Source of the DNA: Opitutaceae bacterium
GTDB taxonomy: Bacteria > Verrucomicrobiota > Verrucomicrobiia > Opitutales > Coraliomargaritaceae
DNA length: 64,000 nucleotides
Direction: 5' to 3'
Assembly (NCBI GenBank): GCA_051252375.1
Contig: JBPOFY010000010.1
Span: 1 to 64,000 of the forward strand
In this document: piece after piece, positions 44,582 through 55,612 of the stretch
Position numbering within the stretch: the stretch's first letter is position 1
Layout of the letters: every line of letters starts with the position of its first letter
The notes under the pieces: model-generated
Told to the model about the DNA's origin: nothing
The model's database searches: none
The model's input: the letters and a program-made list of their open reading frames with translations, nothing else
Position numbers and translations under genes: made by a program

Positions 44582-47500
44582 TTAAAATAGGTAGATAAAT
44601 TCTTTGCGGTTCATCATGACATGGCAGAGCTCTTGCCACACAGCGACTTCATTGACGTCGCCATTCTCCTGATACATTTGAGTCACATCACGAACCAGAC
44701 CTTGAGCCCAAGCGATTTCTGCCTCCTCTGCCGGACGACTGAGCGCGACTTCATGCATGTGATTAATTCGTGCAACTTCGTCCGGCTCCGACTTGAGCAA
44801 TACCGCAGCCCACTCCTTGGCTTGCTGCTGAGTAAACTCCGCATTCATGAGCGCGAGCGACTGAGCTGGAACATTGGTAATACTACGTGCGCCTGTCGGC
44901 TCGACACCATTTGGCATGCCGAGGATCCGCAGAAATGAAGGCATGAAATTACGACGCAGCTCCATGTAGACAGAACGACGCCCCTTGCCATCAACTGGGC
45001 CAGTCCCTGGGAATCCACGCGCTCTCGGCAAATCATCAATGTAGGAACGAACACTCGGCCCATACATTTGCGCATTCAACTTGCCACTAACAAACAGCAC
45101 GTGGTCACGAATCTGCTCTGCTTCTAAGCGCTTCACCGGCATGCGCTGTAAATACAAATTATTCGGATCCATCGCTAGCGCCTGCTCGTCCGGGAGTGTC
45201 GACATCTGATAAGTGGAAGTCAGCACCATCTTGCGTATCATCTGCTTAATCGACCAGTCCAGCGCCATGAAATCTTTGGCTAAGTAATCAAGCAGTTGAG
45301 GGTGAGTTGGTAACGTGCCTAGTTCACCAAGGTCGTCGATGGTTGAAACAATACCACGACCAAAAATATGGTGCCACAGGCGATTTACCATCACACGGGA
45401 AACAAGCGGATTGGATTCATCGACAAGATGATCCGCAAACTCGCGACGACCACTTTCAGTGGACGATAGTAATTCCCCACCAAGCGCATCCATAAAGCGG
45501 CGCGGATTCGACTCTTTACTTAAATTCTTATGACTGCCGCGAATGTAGATCGGTTCATTCTGCGGGGTGCCCTCAGTTAAACTTCGCGCGTAGACAGGTT
45601 GCGGGATCTCGTTATTGATCTCACGGTAGCGTGCCATCAAAGACTTTAGTTTTTCGTTACGATCAGTGCCTGCACGGACAAGCCCTGACTCAAACAAGCC
45701 TGACAAGAGAACAGCACCTTCCGCTGTGAGCTTACGATTCCTTCCATCCTGCACGACTTGCTTCACAACATCGGCGACAGCTCGATCCTTCCAGAGCTGT
45801 GTCCAATCAGGGAGTGTAGGATCGGTCGAGATCGAGACAAAGTGATCATCCGCATTTTGACGATGTGTAGTTTTTAGGCGTCTCGCCTCCCCATCCTGCA
45901 GCACCTCAATGTAGGCAGGTAAGCCCACCCATAGTTTCGTTTTAATCGAGATGCGTTGCCATGCACCCTCATTGACAGCAACAGATAGAATTCTCGTGGT
46001 CGGACCAAAGCCTGCTTGTTCATAATTGCGAACGATCAAATTAACGCGGGCATTCTTACCTCGTGCGTAGAGCTCTACGGGGCGGCCGTCCAAAACAAAA
46101 TCTGGACTACGAAGACTACCAGAAATTCTACCACTATAGGCACCCGCAGTAGGATTGGATAAATCGACCAACGTTTGCACCACATTCTGGTCATTTGCGA
46201 CGGACAATATCATATCCGATCCAGCAACCTGCCCCAGCTCACTAAAGCCCAATCCCGTGGTCATCCATTGACCTAGATCTGTTGGATAATATGGAGCAAT
46301 CGGAGACAGTGGCTTGGCTAGCTTCGGTGCTTTTTCGCTGTCACCGACGATCGCATGATAAATCGGATCCAGTTGCGGCCATTTCTTGCGATGCTTCGGA
46401 ATCGTGAAATAGCGCAACCATGATTCTAGGACGGTTGCATCTAGCTTACGCTGCGATGCCTCTGTTTGAATGACAGCAATCACACCTTTATCCAAATTAG
46501 GAGCCAGTGCCTTTCTGTCCTTCGCCTGCTCAGCCCATGCCTTTTTGAGTTCCTGAAACTCAGCGCTCTCACTGATCTTTCGAGTCGCAAGCGCGTATTC
46601 GCTCATATTGGCAATATCCGCCGCTGCATCGGCCATCGCTGCGTCGTAAACAGCTGGCTTACCTTGCTTCAATTTTGACTGAGGCAGTAATTGCTTCGTC
46701 TCCGCCACCGTGTTGGAGATGTCCAATCGCGAACTGCGAAGCATGCCATACCACGAATAGTAGTCGCCTGTAGTAATTGCATCGAACTTGTGGTCATGGC
46801 ATCGCGCGCAAGCCACCGTGATACCAAGAAATGCCTTACTGGTGGCATCAATCATTCCGCTAAAGATGCGGGCTTCATCTTCATGCAAATCAGGCGGGCC
46901 ATGCTGCCCATCGGTCAGGTAAAAGAAACCGGGACCTTTGAGCGATTCGTTAATCGTGCCACTCTCATCGTAGCGTGGTTCATCCACTAAATCGCCAGCA
47001 AAGGACTCACGGACAAATTGATCATAAGGCAGGTCCTCGTTGAACGCGCGAATCAAATAATTCCGATACTGGTGCGCATGCGGCATTAGGTAATCGAACT
47101 CGAAAGATTTTGTCTCGGCATAGCGCACCGCATCCATCCAATGCCGTGCCCATTTCTCACCAAAATGCGGAGATGCCAAAAGACGGTCTACTTGCTTCGC
47201 ATATGCATCGGGCGACTCATCCGAAAGATACGCATCCATCTCTTCCGGAGTCGGTGCCAGACCAATTAAATCGAAACTCAAGCGGCGTAACAAATTTCTC
47301 TTTGAAGATTTCGCCGCAGGCTTCCAGCCCTCCTGATCCAGTTGCGCTAAAATAAAATTATCGTAAGCATTGCTGGGCCAACTCGGATCGCTGACTGCTG
47401 GAGCTTCATAATCCTTGATCGGCTGAAACGACCACCATTGCTTGCGCTCCTCGAGGTCGAACTCATCAACATTCTTCAGCTGCCCGATCTCCTGATCACG

Positions 47501-47878
47501 TGGGTCAAATGCACCCTCGTTGATCCACTTTGCAAAGTCCGCAATCTGCTCATCTTTAAGCTTCGATTTAGGCGGCATCGCTTCGTAGCTAGGATCATGA
47601 CGGATCATGTGCAAAAACAGACTCTTCTCCGCATCGCCGGGCACAATCACTTGCCCCGTATCGCCACCACGCATCCAACCAGCCTTCGAATCCAAGAGTA
47701 AGCCGCCTTTTAGTTTCTCGGAAGCCTCCGCATGGCACTCATAGCAACTCTCAATCAAGACCGGGCGAATCTTCGCCTCGAAAAAAGTCAACTGATCCGG
47801 CGTGAGCGCAGCAACATCCTCCGCATTCATTGAGAGCGGTAGCAACAACAGCAGTGTAGCAAAGGAAGGGCGTAACAT
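44582..47878 (-). CDS. Planctomycete cytochrome c plus DUF1549/DUF1553 (PSCyt2/PSD1) protein
   Basis: FFEAKIRPVL..CYECH, GEKWARHWMD, CARCHDHKFD, NRLWHHIFGRG, PTHPQLLD; start MLRPSF. Confidence 0.88.
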   Translation of the reverse strand: MLRPSFATLLLLLPLSMNAEDVAALTPDQLTFFEAKIRPVLIESCYECHAEASEKLKGGLLLDSKAGWMRGGDTGQVIVPGDAEKSLFLHMIRHDPSYEAMPPKSKLKDEQIADFAKWINEGAFDPRDQEIGQLKNVDEFDLEERKQWWSFQPIKDYEAPAVSDPSWPSNAYDNFILAQLDQEGWKPAAKSSKRNLLRRLSFDLIGLAPTPEEMDAYLSDESPDAYAKQVDRLLASPHFGEKWARHWMDAVRYAETKSFEFDYLMPHAHQYRNYLIRAFNEDLPYDQFVRESFAGDLVDEPRYDESGTINESLKGPGFFYLTDGQHGPPDLHEDEARIFSGMIDATSKAFLGITVACARCHDHKFDAITTGDYYSWYGMLRSSRLDISNTVAETKQLLPQSKLKQGKPAVYDAAMADAAADIANMSEYALATRKISESAEFQELKKAWAEQAKDRKALAPNLDKGVIAVIQTEASQRKLDATVLESWLRYFTIPKHRKKWPQLDPIYHAIVGDSEKAPKLAKPLSPIAPYYPTDLGQWMTTGLGFSELGQVAGSDMILSVANDQNVVQTLVDLSNPTAGAYSGRISGSLRSPDFVLDGRPVELYARGKNARVNLIVRNYEQAGFGPTTRILSVAVNEGAWQRISIKTKLWVGLPAYIEVLQDGEARRLKTTHRQNADDHFVSISTDPTLPDWTQLWKDRAVADVVKQVVQDGRNRKLTAEGAVLLSGLFESGLVRAGTDRNEKLKSLMARYREINNEIPQPVYARSLTEGTPQNEPIYIRGSHKNLSKESNPRRFMDALGGELLSSTESGRREFADHLVDESNPLVSRVMVNRLWHHIFGRGIVSTIDDLGELGTLPTHPQLLDYLAKDFMALDWSIKQMIRKMVLTSTYQMSTLPDEQALAMDPNNLYLQRMPVKRLEAEQIRDHVLFVSGKLNAQMYGPSVRSYIDDLPRARGFPGTGPVDGKGRRSVYMELRRNFMPSFLRILGMPNGVEPTGARSITNVPAQSLALMNAEFTQQQAKEWAAVLLKSEPDEVARINHMHEVALSRPAEEAEIAWAQGLVRDVTQMYQENGDVNEVAVWQELCHVMMNRKEFIYLF

Positions 47879-48098
47879 TTTGATTGGGTAAGAAATATGG
47901 AAACAGGTGGTATGAAGGACCAAAACTGGGGAGATTCAAATCTATCGCAAAGATAACACATCTATTGCACAAATACCTCCACTCTTCGCGCTAAAAACTG
48001 ATACTATTTCCGAATATTTCTCACAAATAACCACATAAAAGCGTGGCGATACTATCATAAATACATAAATCTAGCGGCATATTGCATTCACAGAATCT

Positions 48099-48980
48099 AT
48101 GGAAAAGCGGCAGAGACTAGTTCGGGAGCTCATCCCCAACGATAAAGGAGAGACCTTCGTTTACAAGCAGGAGACTAGTATCTGGCCCGCATGGCACTAC
48201 CATGAGGAGATCGACATATTACTCTTTCTACAAAGTAGTGGCCAACACATCACAGGTGACTACATCGGTGAATTCAACCCTGGCACGCTACTCGTCAACG
48301 GCCCGAATGTCCCCCACTGCTTCACGAGCAATACCGTGCCAGATGTAAGAGCCCCCGAGGCAGCGATTATAGTGATTCAGTTTTCAGCTAAATCGATCGG
48401 CGATGATTTACTGTCCAAAACAGAGATGAGCTTAATCCAAGATTATCTGCACTCGACCACTCGCTCTTTTGAATACTTCGGTGAAACTCGCTCCAAAGCC
48501 GCATCAATAATGATGGCCATGGAGGACAGTCAAAACATGGAACGCTTCAGCCTCTTCCTTAAGCTGCTCGAAACGCTCGCTCTTGCTCCGGACCAAGAAA
48601 AACAAAGACTTGTCAGTGACTTCTATTCACCCGTGCTCAACGATGCCAATGTCAACCGCATCGAGATCGTGCGCCGCTGGGTGCAGAAGAAGCTACACCA
48701 AAAAATTTCACTGACCGAAGCAGCTTCACAAATCCAGATGTCTGCAAAAACATTTTCTTACTTCTTCAAAAAGAATACCGGCAAACCCTTCGTTCAATAC
48801 GTCAAAGAACTACGTATCGGACTCGCCAGTCAAAAGCTCATCCAAACAGATTCGAGCGTCTTGGAAATTTGCTACGACTGCGGCTACAACAATCTTTCCA
48901 ACTTCAATCGACAATTCCTAGAACTGAAGAAAGTAACACCATCAGAATTTAGAAAACGATTTAAAAAACTACATGTTTAG
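48099..48980 (+). CDS. AraC-family regulator
   Basis: WHYHEE cupin; CGYNNLSNFNRQF..TPSEFR. Confidence 0.93.
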   Translation: MEKRQRLVRELIPNDKGETFVYKQETSIWPAWHYHEEIDILLFLQSSGQHITGDYIGEFNPGTLLVNGPNVPHCFTSNTVPDVRAPEAAIIVIQFSAKSIGDDLLSKTEMSLIQDYLHSTTRSFEYFGETRSKAASIMMAMEDSQNMERFSLFLKLLETLALAPDQEKQRLVSDFYSPVLNDANVNRIEIVRRWVQKKLHQKISLTEAASQIQMSAKTFSYFFKKNTGKPFVQYVKELRIGLASQKLIQTDSSVLEICYDCGYNNLSNFNRQFLELKKVTPSEFRKRFKKLHV

Positions 48981-49165
48981 GCGACTTTCCTGGCCAAAAG
49001 ACCACGACCATAGCTAGCAGTCCCTTTTCGACGATCGCCGCAGGTGGCATCCCCGCTAATACCCCGCAACACCCATCGCGTGTTTACGCGTTCAAAGCGT
49101 ATACAATTGACGAGTAAGCTGCTATTTGGATCAATTCAGCATACCCCAATTAGCAGATAAAGTAT

Positions 49166-52100
49166 ATGCTATTAGAAATCCCCATCATAAAGAGCATAAA
49201 GGCAATAATAACAGCTATCGTTTTCTTTGCCTTAGGCTCGTTTGATGCTTACGGAGCCCCGTTAGTGCAGCTTTCTGGCGACATCACACCAGATTCTATC
49301 TCCCCTTATCTGACAGCCAGCATTACTGGAAATACGGGATCCAACCCAGACAACACGTCCACTGTCACAGGGTATTGGACGAGCGCATCTGTGACAACTA
49401 ACTCCACTTCAAATGGAGACATTCACAATGCCATCACATTAACCGTATCAGGCCTATCCGAAACAGAGTCCATATTGCTGTCTGAACTTTCTTTCGACTA
49501 CCTCAGAATGACACTGAACGGATCGATACCGATTCTGGACCTCTATATTGATACAGGCGATGGATACGGCGACTCGGTTTTGACCGTCAACGATGATCCG
49601 GCTAGCTCCAATCAAACTGACTCCTTTTCCTTACCGACGATTTTCTCACTTAAGAACGGTGACTCGATCACATTCGGGTTCTCATTTGCTGATCGACATG
49701 GGCTTGAGCAAAGGACGCACCTTATTGATAATTTTGTCCTCAGTGGCACAACATACTCCGCCATTGATAACTTGGGAATACGCTTTCTAGAACTCACTGG
49801 AGAGACGACCCCATTTTATACTAATGGATACTTAGACGTCGATATCACAGGCAACACAGGCTCTAACCCGACCGCGGTGAGCGCAGGTTTCGGCTACTGG
49901 ACAGATGCTTCTGCTACTCCGAATAATCCATCCAATACGGACATCCATAACACCTTCACCTTTACGGCGACAGGGTTAACAGGAACAGAATCGATCGATA
50001 TTACAGCAATCAATTTTGATTTAATCAGAAAACAGCTAAATGGATCGAATGCTAAGATGAATATCTACCTCGATACAGGCGATGGCTATGGGGACCCCAT
50101 TTATTTACTTACGGAGTCTCCAACCACTTCCCCTCAAACGGATATAATTTCCTTCAATACCGCCATCACATTAATGAATGGAGAGTCCGTCACATTCGGA
50201 TTCTCTTTCGCAGATATACACGGATTAGATTCACGCACACACATAATAGACAATTTAAAAATCTATGGCACGTATGATCTAGATTCAGGATACCCAGGTG
50301 TTGATCTTAATAATAATGGAGTGAGTGACATTTGGGAATATCGCTTCAATGCAACTGGCTTAGTCAGTAATGAAATAACGAAGCACCTAGATTATGATGA
50401 AGACGGCATTTCAAACATAGATGAAGCTCTAGCCGGGACCAACCCCTTCGATGCTCTATCACGTTTTGATCTACAAATTGGCCGTGATGAAACTGACGCT
50501 TTAATGCTGTCCATGCCAACCCAGCTCGGCAAAGGCTATACCATCTTCGGAGGTAACACCTTAAACCCCGACATCTGGGGTCCAGAAGATGTGCAAATGA
50601 CTGGGACTGGTAGCGAAATGAATTTCACCATTACACCTAATGGCGACAGTTACTTCTTCAACGCAGTCGTGGCTGACATCGATATGGATAATGATCGAGT
50701 CTCACGCTGGGAAGAAGAACAACTCGCTGGGTTTGCAGATAATGACAGCACTTCTGGTGATGATGAAAACATGGAGGATTTCGACCGAATCAAGAATATC
50801 ATACAGGCTGCATACCAATCATCTATTTCGATTTCAACAGATAGAAACGTCGTCCATGAACTTGAGAATACTTCTGCGACTGTGACCTTTACGAGAATCA
50901 GTAGTCGACCAGGCGACTTTCTTTCTCTGGAAAGAGCGGAGGCCTTTCAAATCATCGATACCACGAAGGTTGCCTCGAATGCGGCTTCTCTCAGCGATTA
51001 TATACTCACTGATATACATGGAACTGAGCTACCCAACGGTCAGTTCACAATAGCTGCAGGAGAATCCTCAGTAGAAGTCTACCTACATCCAATCGCTGAC
51101 GGTATCATCGAGTCAGACGAACAGTTAACGTTCTCTGTGGGTGTTTCTAACTTCAATCTTTGGATTGCAGACGCGGAAACAATTGCTGCAGCAGATTACA
51201 TCGCCATCTCACAGGCGGGTCACTTTCTAGCTCAAGCCTCGATGGGCGGCACCCCTGAAACCATCTCTGCGCTCGCCAATGAAATCAGAGACAATGGCTA
51301 CCTGACCGCTTGCGAAGCTTGGATCGACAACCAACTCACCCTTCCTCGGGAATCCACAGTCACTCAGGATTGCTACGACACCCAGTTAGCCTTCCTCGAA
51401 GGAAACTCTGTCCCCTCAGTGAACATTCAAAACTTTGAATTAGTTTGGTGGGGAAAAATGATTCAGACCGATGAGCAGTTGCGACATCGCATCGCGTATT
51501 CCCTCAGTCAAGTGTTTGTCACCTCTTCTGCCTTTTGGGCGAATCAAGAACGTAATAATCTCTGGGAATCCTACACCTCCTATTACGATAGCCTTGTGGA
51601 TAACGCCTACTCAACACACCGAGACCTGCTTCAATCGATCAGCTACGACCCATTTATGGGGGTTTACTTATCCTCCGCTCAGAATCGCAAAGAAGATGTA
51701 TCCTTAGGAACGTTTCCCGATGAGAATTACGCTCGCGAGGTCATGCAGCTCTTTTCATGCGGCGTGTATTCCCAAGGTCAGGATGGCGAATACCTCTTAG
51801 ATACAAACAGTGACCGAATAGAAAACTACGACAACGATGACATCAAAGAGCTTGCTCAAGTATTCACGGGCTTAGGCCTGGCTTCATCTGAGGGTGTCGC
51901 CGATAACTTTAATTCGCCTAAAAGCGGCCTCGGGACGAGATACCAATATCCCATGGTTATGGTAGACAGCTACCACGACACCTCCTCAAAAATACTATTA
52001 GACGGCACCGTGCTCACAGCGGGACAATCAGGGAGCCAAGACATCTCTGATGCCCTAGACCGCCTAGCGGTGCATCCCAGCACTGCCCCACACCTCTCTC

Positions 52101-52912
52101 GACTGCTCATCAAACGCTTAACAAACTCCAACCCATCGAGCGCTTATATTACTCGTGTCACGGAGGCTTGGCGTGGTGAAGGCACTTACGGCGATGGTGA
52201 GGTCGGAAACTTTGTCAGCATCATCAAGGCGATCTTGCTAGATCCGGAAGCGAGACTCGGAGTAAACTACGCAGTCGACGGAACGACCGGAACTGTCACA
52301 GCAACACCAACCCTCGCTACCGCCGGAAGAATCAAGGAGCCGATCATTAAATGGACTCAATTCTACCGTTTTGCTCAAGCACTGTCCGGAGAAGATGACG
52401 GCCTCATCAGAGTTGAACCAAAAACAAAACGGGCTGCAAATGACCAGACCCCGGATTTTGGTCAAATTCCTATGAGGGCACCTTCAGTCTTCAATTACTA
52501 CGATTCGGACTACTCCCCAGCAGTCGGAGATCTAGCCGTAGCGGAAGTAACCTACGGTCTGCATCTAACATCTCCGGAATCAGAGATTTTGACTCCTTAC
52601 GTCATCAATCAGTTCGAGAGTTTCTACAGCATCGTGGATCAAGATGAACCTATAAGCTCCTTCGAGTATCTTGGCAGTGATGATATCTTCAGTATCGATT
52701 ATAGTTACCTTAGCTATCTCTACGGTAAAAACCAAGATGTCGGTGACTTCATCGATGACGTTAATTTGTGGCTATGTAATGGTCAAATTTCTCCCGACCT
52801 AAAAAGCGAGCTTGTGTCTATCGCGAATGCGAACGGAGGAGGCTCCAGAGAAAACTTCGCTAAAGTTTTATCCATCCTCTTTAACTCCTCCGACTTCAGT
52901 GTTACCTACTAA
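49166..52912 (+). CDS. Secreted DUF1800 protein with duplicated N-terminal domain and Asp-rich Ca-binding-like motifs
   Basis: LRHRIAYSLSQVFV, PDENYAREVMQLF, HPSTAP, KEP, PSVFNYY; DLNNNGVSD and DYDEDGISN. Confidence 0.85.
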   Translation: MLLEIPIIKSIKAIITAIVFFALGSFDAYGAPLVQLSGDITPDSISPYLTASITGNTGSNPDNTSTVTGYWTSASVTTNSTSNGDIHNAITLTVSGLSETESILLSELSFDYLRMTLNGSIPILDLYIDTGDGYGDSVLTVNDDPASSNQTDSFSLPTIFSLKNGDSITFGFSFADRHGLEQRTHLIDNFVLSGTTYSAIDNLGIRFLELTGETTPFYTNGYLDVDITGNTGSNPTAVSAGFGYWTDASATPNNPSNTDIHNTFTFTATGLTGTESIDITAINFDLIRKQLNGSNAKMNIYLDTGDGYGDPIYLLTESPTTSPQTDIISFNTAITLMNGESVTFGFSFADIHGLDSRTHIIDNLKIYGTYDLDSGYPGVDLNNNGVSDIWEYRFNATGLVSNEITKHLDYDEDGISNIDEALAGTNPFDALSRFDLQIGRDETDALMLSMPTQLGKGYTIFGGNTLNPDIWGPEDVQMTGTGSEMNFTITPNGDSYFFNAVVADIDMDNDRVSRWEEEQLAGFADNDSTSGDDENMEDFDRIKNIIQAAYQSSISISTDRNVVHELENTSATVTFTRISSRPGDFLSLERAEAFQIIDTTKVASNAASLSDYILTDIHGTELPNGQFTIAAGESSVEVYLHPIADGIIESDEQLTFSVGVSNFNLWIADAETIAAADYIAISQAGHFLAQASMGGTPETISALANEIRDNGYLTACEAWIDNQLTLPRESTVTQDCYDTQLAFLEGNSVPSVNIQNFELVWWGKMIQTDEQLRHRIAYSLSQVFVTSSAFWANQERNNLWESYTSYYDSLVDNAYSTHRDLLQSISYDPFMGVYLSSAQNRKEDVSLGTFPDENYAREVMQLFSCGVYSQGQDGEYLLDTNSDRIENYDNDDIKELAQVFTGLGLASSEGVADNFNSPKSGLGTRYQYPMVMVDSYHDTSSKILLDGTVLTAGQSGSQDISDALDRLAVHPSTAPHLSRLLIKRLTNSNPSSAYITRVTEAWRGEGTYGDGEVGNFVSIIKAILLDPEARLGVNYAVDGTTGTVTATPTLATAGRIKEPIIKWTQFYRFAQALSGEDDGLIRVEPKTKRAANDQTPDFGQIPMRAPSVFNYYDSDYSPAVGDLAVAEVTYGLHLTSPESEILTPYVINQFESFYSIVDQDEPISSFEYLGSDDIFSIDYSYLSYLYGKNQDVGDFIDDVNLWLCNGQISPDLKSELVSIANANGGGSRENFAKVLSILFNSSDFSVTY

Positions 52913-52943
52913 TCCATAGGCCCAACTTAGCACAATTCCCCCA

Positions 52944-54341
52944 ATGAAAAAATCATCACGAAACTTCATGACTCGCCGTAGTTTCCTCGCTGACTGCGGG
53001 AAGATGACAGGAATCGGGGCGATGTCCTCAATACTGTCACTGAAGATGACAAACAAACTCTTCGCAGCGCGAACACCCGGCTCGATCACCGACTACAAGG
53101 GACTCGTATGTATTTTCCTGTTTGGTGGCAATGACTCCTACAACATGCTTGCGCCAGGTGTCAGCGGATATTCCGACTATTTAGATACACGCGGGGTGCT
53201 CGGCATCCCCCTAGAAGATACTCACCAAATAATTGATGCCTCTCAAGACTACCACTTAAACAATAGCCTAGCTGGACTCAAAACGCTCTTTGATAATAAT
53301 GACTTAAGTTTTCTCACCAATGTTGGCACACTCGTTCAGCCCACGACTCTAGCTGAATATAATTCAGGCAGCTCCCCGTTGCCCTACGGGCGTTTTTCAC
53401 ACAACGATCAACTAGAACAGTGGCAGACTTCCATTTCCAGCAGCAAGACCGGCCCCTTTGCAGGAACTGGCTGGGGCGGTCGAATGATCGATATTCTTAA
53501 TGATGCGGCGAACAACAATGCCACAACCAGCGTAAGCCTTGCCCCTTATGGCGCGAACACTTACCAAGTCGGTCAAGTCACCGCTCCTTTCAATACCAGA
53601 GGAGGCGTCGACTCATTAGACCTCTACAATACAGACAGCTTGGTGAAACTCGGAATCGATGCCACTCTAGAAACACAATACGCCTCCGTATTGCAGGCGC
53701 ATCATAACTACATCAGAGAAGATGCCTTAGCGCAGAGTGAACTCTTGGAACAGATCGAGCAGAATACAGTGATCAACACCGTGTTCCCTGAGAGCAGCCT
53801 AGGACAACAGCTCCTCCAAGTTGCCAAGTATATCAAAGCCCAAGGAATCAGTGGCTTGAACGCGAACCGACAAACCTTCTTTGCGGGCCAAACTGGCTTC
53901 GACACGCATGGAGGTGGGATCGACGCTCACAACAATCTGATGACCACGCTGAACGATGCACTCGTCGCCTTTAATGCCGCCCTCGTAGAGATCGGCTACC
54001 ATGATCGCGTCGTGACTTATACAGCGTCAGACTTTGGTCGTTCTCTGACACCGAATAGCGTCGGATCTGACCACGGTTGGGGCGGCAATCAGATAGTGAT
54101 GGGCGGTCCGGTGCAAGGAGGGAAAGTCTTCGGGACCTATCCGGACATCGCCTTAAACACGACCACGGATGTTGGTCGAGGCAGACAGCTCCCCACCACA
54201 TCGGTCGATGAATTACACGCCTCCCTCGCCTATTGGTTCGGAGTCGAAAATAACAGTGAAATGGAAACGGTCGTTCCGAACATTCGAAACTTCTGGACCT
54301 CGGGTTCTACAGACATCCCGATCACAGGTCTCTTCAGTTGA
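52944..54341 (+). CDS. DUF1501 protein (DUF1800 partner type), Tat-exported
   Basis: TRRSFL, CIFLFGGNDSYN, FDTH, SDFGRSL, SDHGWGG. Confidence 0.88.
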   Translation: MKKSSRNFMTRRSFLADCGKMTGIGAMSSILSLKMTNKLFAARTPGSITDYKGLVCIFLFGGNDSYNMLAPGVSGYSDYLDTRGVLGIPLEDTHQIIDASQDYHLNNSLAGLKTLFDNNDLSFLTNVGTLVQPTTLAEYNSGSSPLPYGRFSHNDQLEQWQTSISSSKTGPFAGTGWGGRMIDILNDAANNNATTSVSLAPYGANTYQVGQVTAPFNTRGGVDSLDLYNTDSLVKLGIDATLETQYASVLQAHHNYIREDALAQSELLEQIEQNTVINTVFPESSLGQQLLQVAKYIKAQGISGLNANRQTFFAGQTGFDTHGGGIDAHNNLMTTLNDALVAFNAALVEIGYHDRVVTYTASDFGRSLTPNSVGSDHGWGGNQIVMGGPVQGGKVFGTYPDIALNTTTDVGRGRQLPTTSVDELHASLAYWFGVENNSEMETVVPNIRNFWTSGSTDIPITGLFS

Positions 54342-54346
54342 TACCT

Positions 54347-54922
54347 ATGAATTATCGAAAAATAGCGCTGTTTGGCAGCTTAGTCATACTAGGCATTGCA
54401 GGCGTCATTCTTTACACAAACTCTAGACCTCAATTAGAACAGAAGAGTGCTCACTCAACGGAGACACAGCAGGAAAAAATTGTCCGAATGGAGCAAGTCA
54501 ATGCGGAGGTTAGCCGATCACTTCGCTTCAACCAGACAGAAGCGAAACTTCAGAATAATCCCCTCGATCGCTCGGAGCTCTCTGAAATGGCCCTTGCATT
54601 AGACGATCCTGACATCGAAGAACTAGAAGCAAAGATCGCGATTCATTCACTACTTAGTTCCATGAGGACGACTGTTTACCGCGGCGACTATCCCGCGGGT
54701 TTAAATGTCGAAATCACCAACGCCCTCTTAGGTGACAACCCAAGGAAAGTCGGCTATCTCCCCATGGATTCTCCGCGAATTAACGACTACGGAGAACTCG
54801 TCGATGAATACGGCAGCCCCTATTGGTTTCATAGTATCCATTCAGCTGACCTCACAATCACCTCCGCAGGACCAGACAAGCTCTTACACACAGCGGATGA
54901 CATTACATACCCTCAGGACTAG
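54347..54922 (+). CDS. Membrane-anchored protein with GspG-like C-terminal motif
   Basis: N-terminal TM; GELVDEYGSPY...SAGPD....TADDI. Confidence 0.65.
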   Translation: MNYRKIALFGSLVILGIAGVILYTNSRPQLEQKSAHSTETQQEKIVRMEQVNAEVSRSLRFNQTEAKLQNNPLDRSELSEMALALDDPDIEELEAKIAIHSLLSSMRTTVYRGDYPAGLNVEITNALLGDNPRKVGYLPMDSPRINDYGELVDEYGSPYWFHSIHSADLTITSAGPDKLLHTADDITYPQD

Positions 54923-54955
54923 CCATAACGAGCAGCACACGCCATCCTTCAAACA

Positions 54956-55540
54956 ATGAAATTCGCGCAACTGACTTTCCTACTCCTAGTGGTCTCTCAT
55001 GCAAATGGGAACATCATCTATTCGGAAGCACTGTCAGGAGATCTCAGCCATCTCATTTCATCCCCGACTTCAATTGGAGAATTGAATACCGGCCAGAACA
55101 GTATCATCGGAACCATCAATGAAGGAGGTTCGTTCGATCCAGATGTATTTACCTTCTCGGTTGCCGCAAACCATATTCTCACCTCGCTGGTTTTCACACT
55201 CGATAGCAACACGGAGAATCACTTTTTGGCGATGTCAGATGAAACCACCTTAGATGCGGTTGCTGAGTATCTCTTATTTGCCTCTCTCGTCACAAACGCA
55301 CAAAACGGAACCAATCTCCTCATGACCGAATCAGATGGAGGGAACCAATCTGGCTCAGGATACAGCCTACCGCTGACTTCAGGAAACTACAGTCTCTGGT
55401 TTCAGGAAACCAGTAATTCGACTATTGATTACACCTTCACCTTCACCACTGCAGTCGTCCCAGAACCCGCCAACAGCGCCCTGCTGCTCTCCTGTCTATC
55501 CAGTGTTTCGATATTACTCTTCAGGAGACAACGGCACTAA
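54956..55540 (+). CDS. PEP-CTERM surface protein
   Basis: Signal peptide; VPEPANSALLL..RRQRH. Confidence 0.88.
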   Translation: MKFAQLTFLLLVVSHANGNIIYSEALSGDLSHLISSPTSIGELNTGQNSIIGTINEGGSFDPDVFTFSVAANHILTSLVFTLDSNTENHFLAMSDETTLDAVAEYLLFASLVTNAQNGTNLLMTESDGGNQSGSGYSLPLTSGNYSLWFQETSNSTIDYTFTFTTAVVPEPANSALLLSCLSSVSILLFRRQRH

Positions 55541-55612
55541 AATATTTACGAATAAAGGTCCGCGAAAAAGTGAATTTTACTTCAGAGTATTCTACATTGA
55601 AGCAGACGTTGG

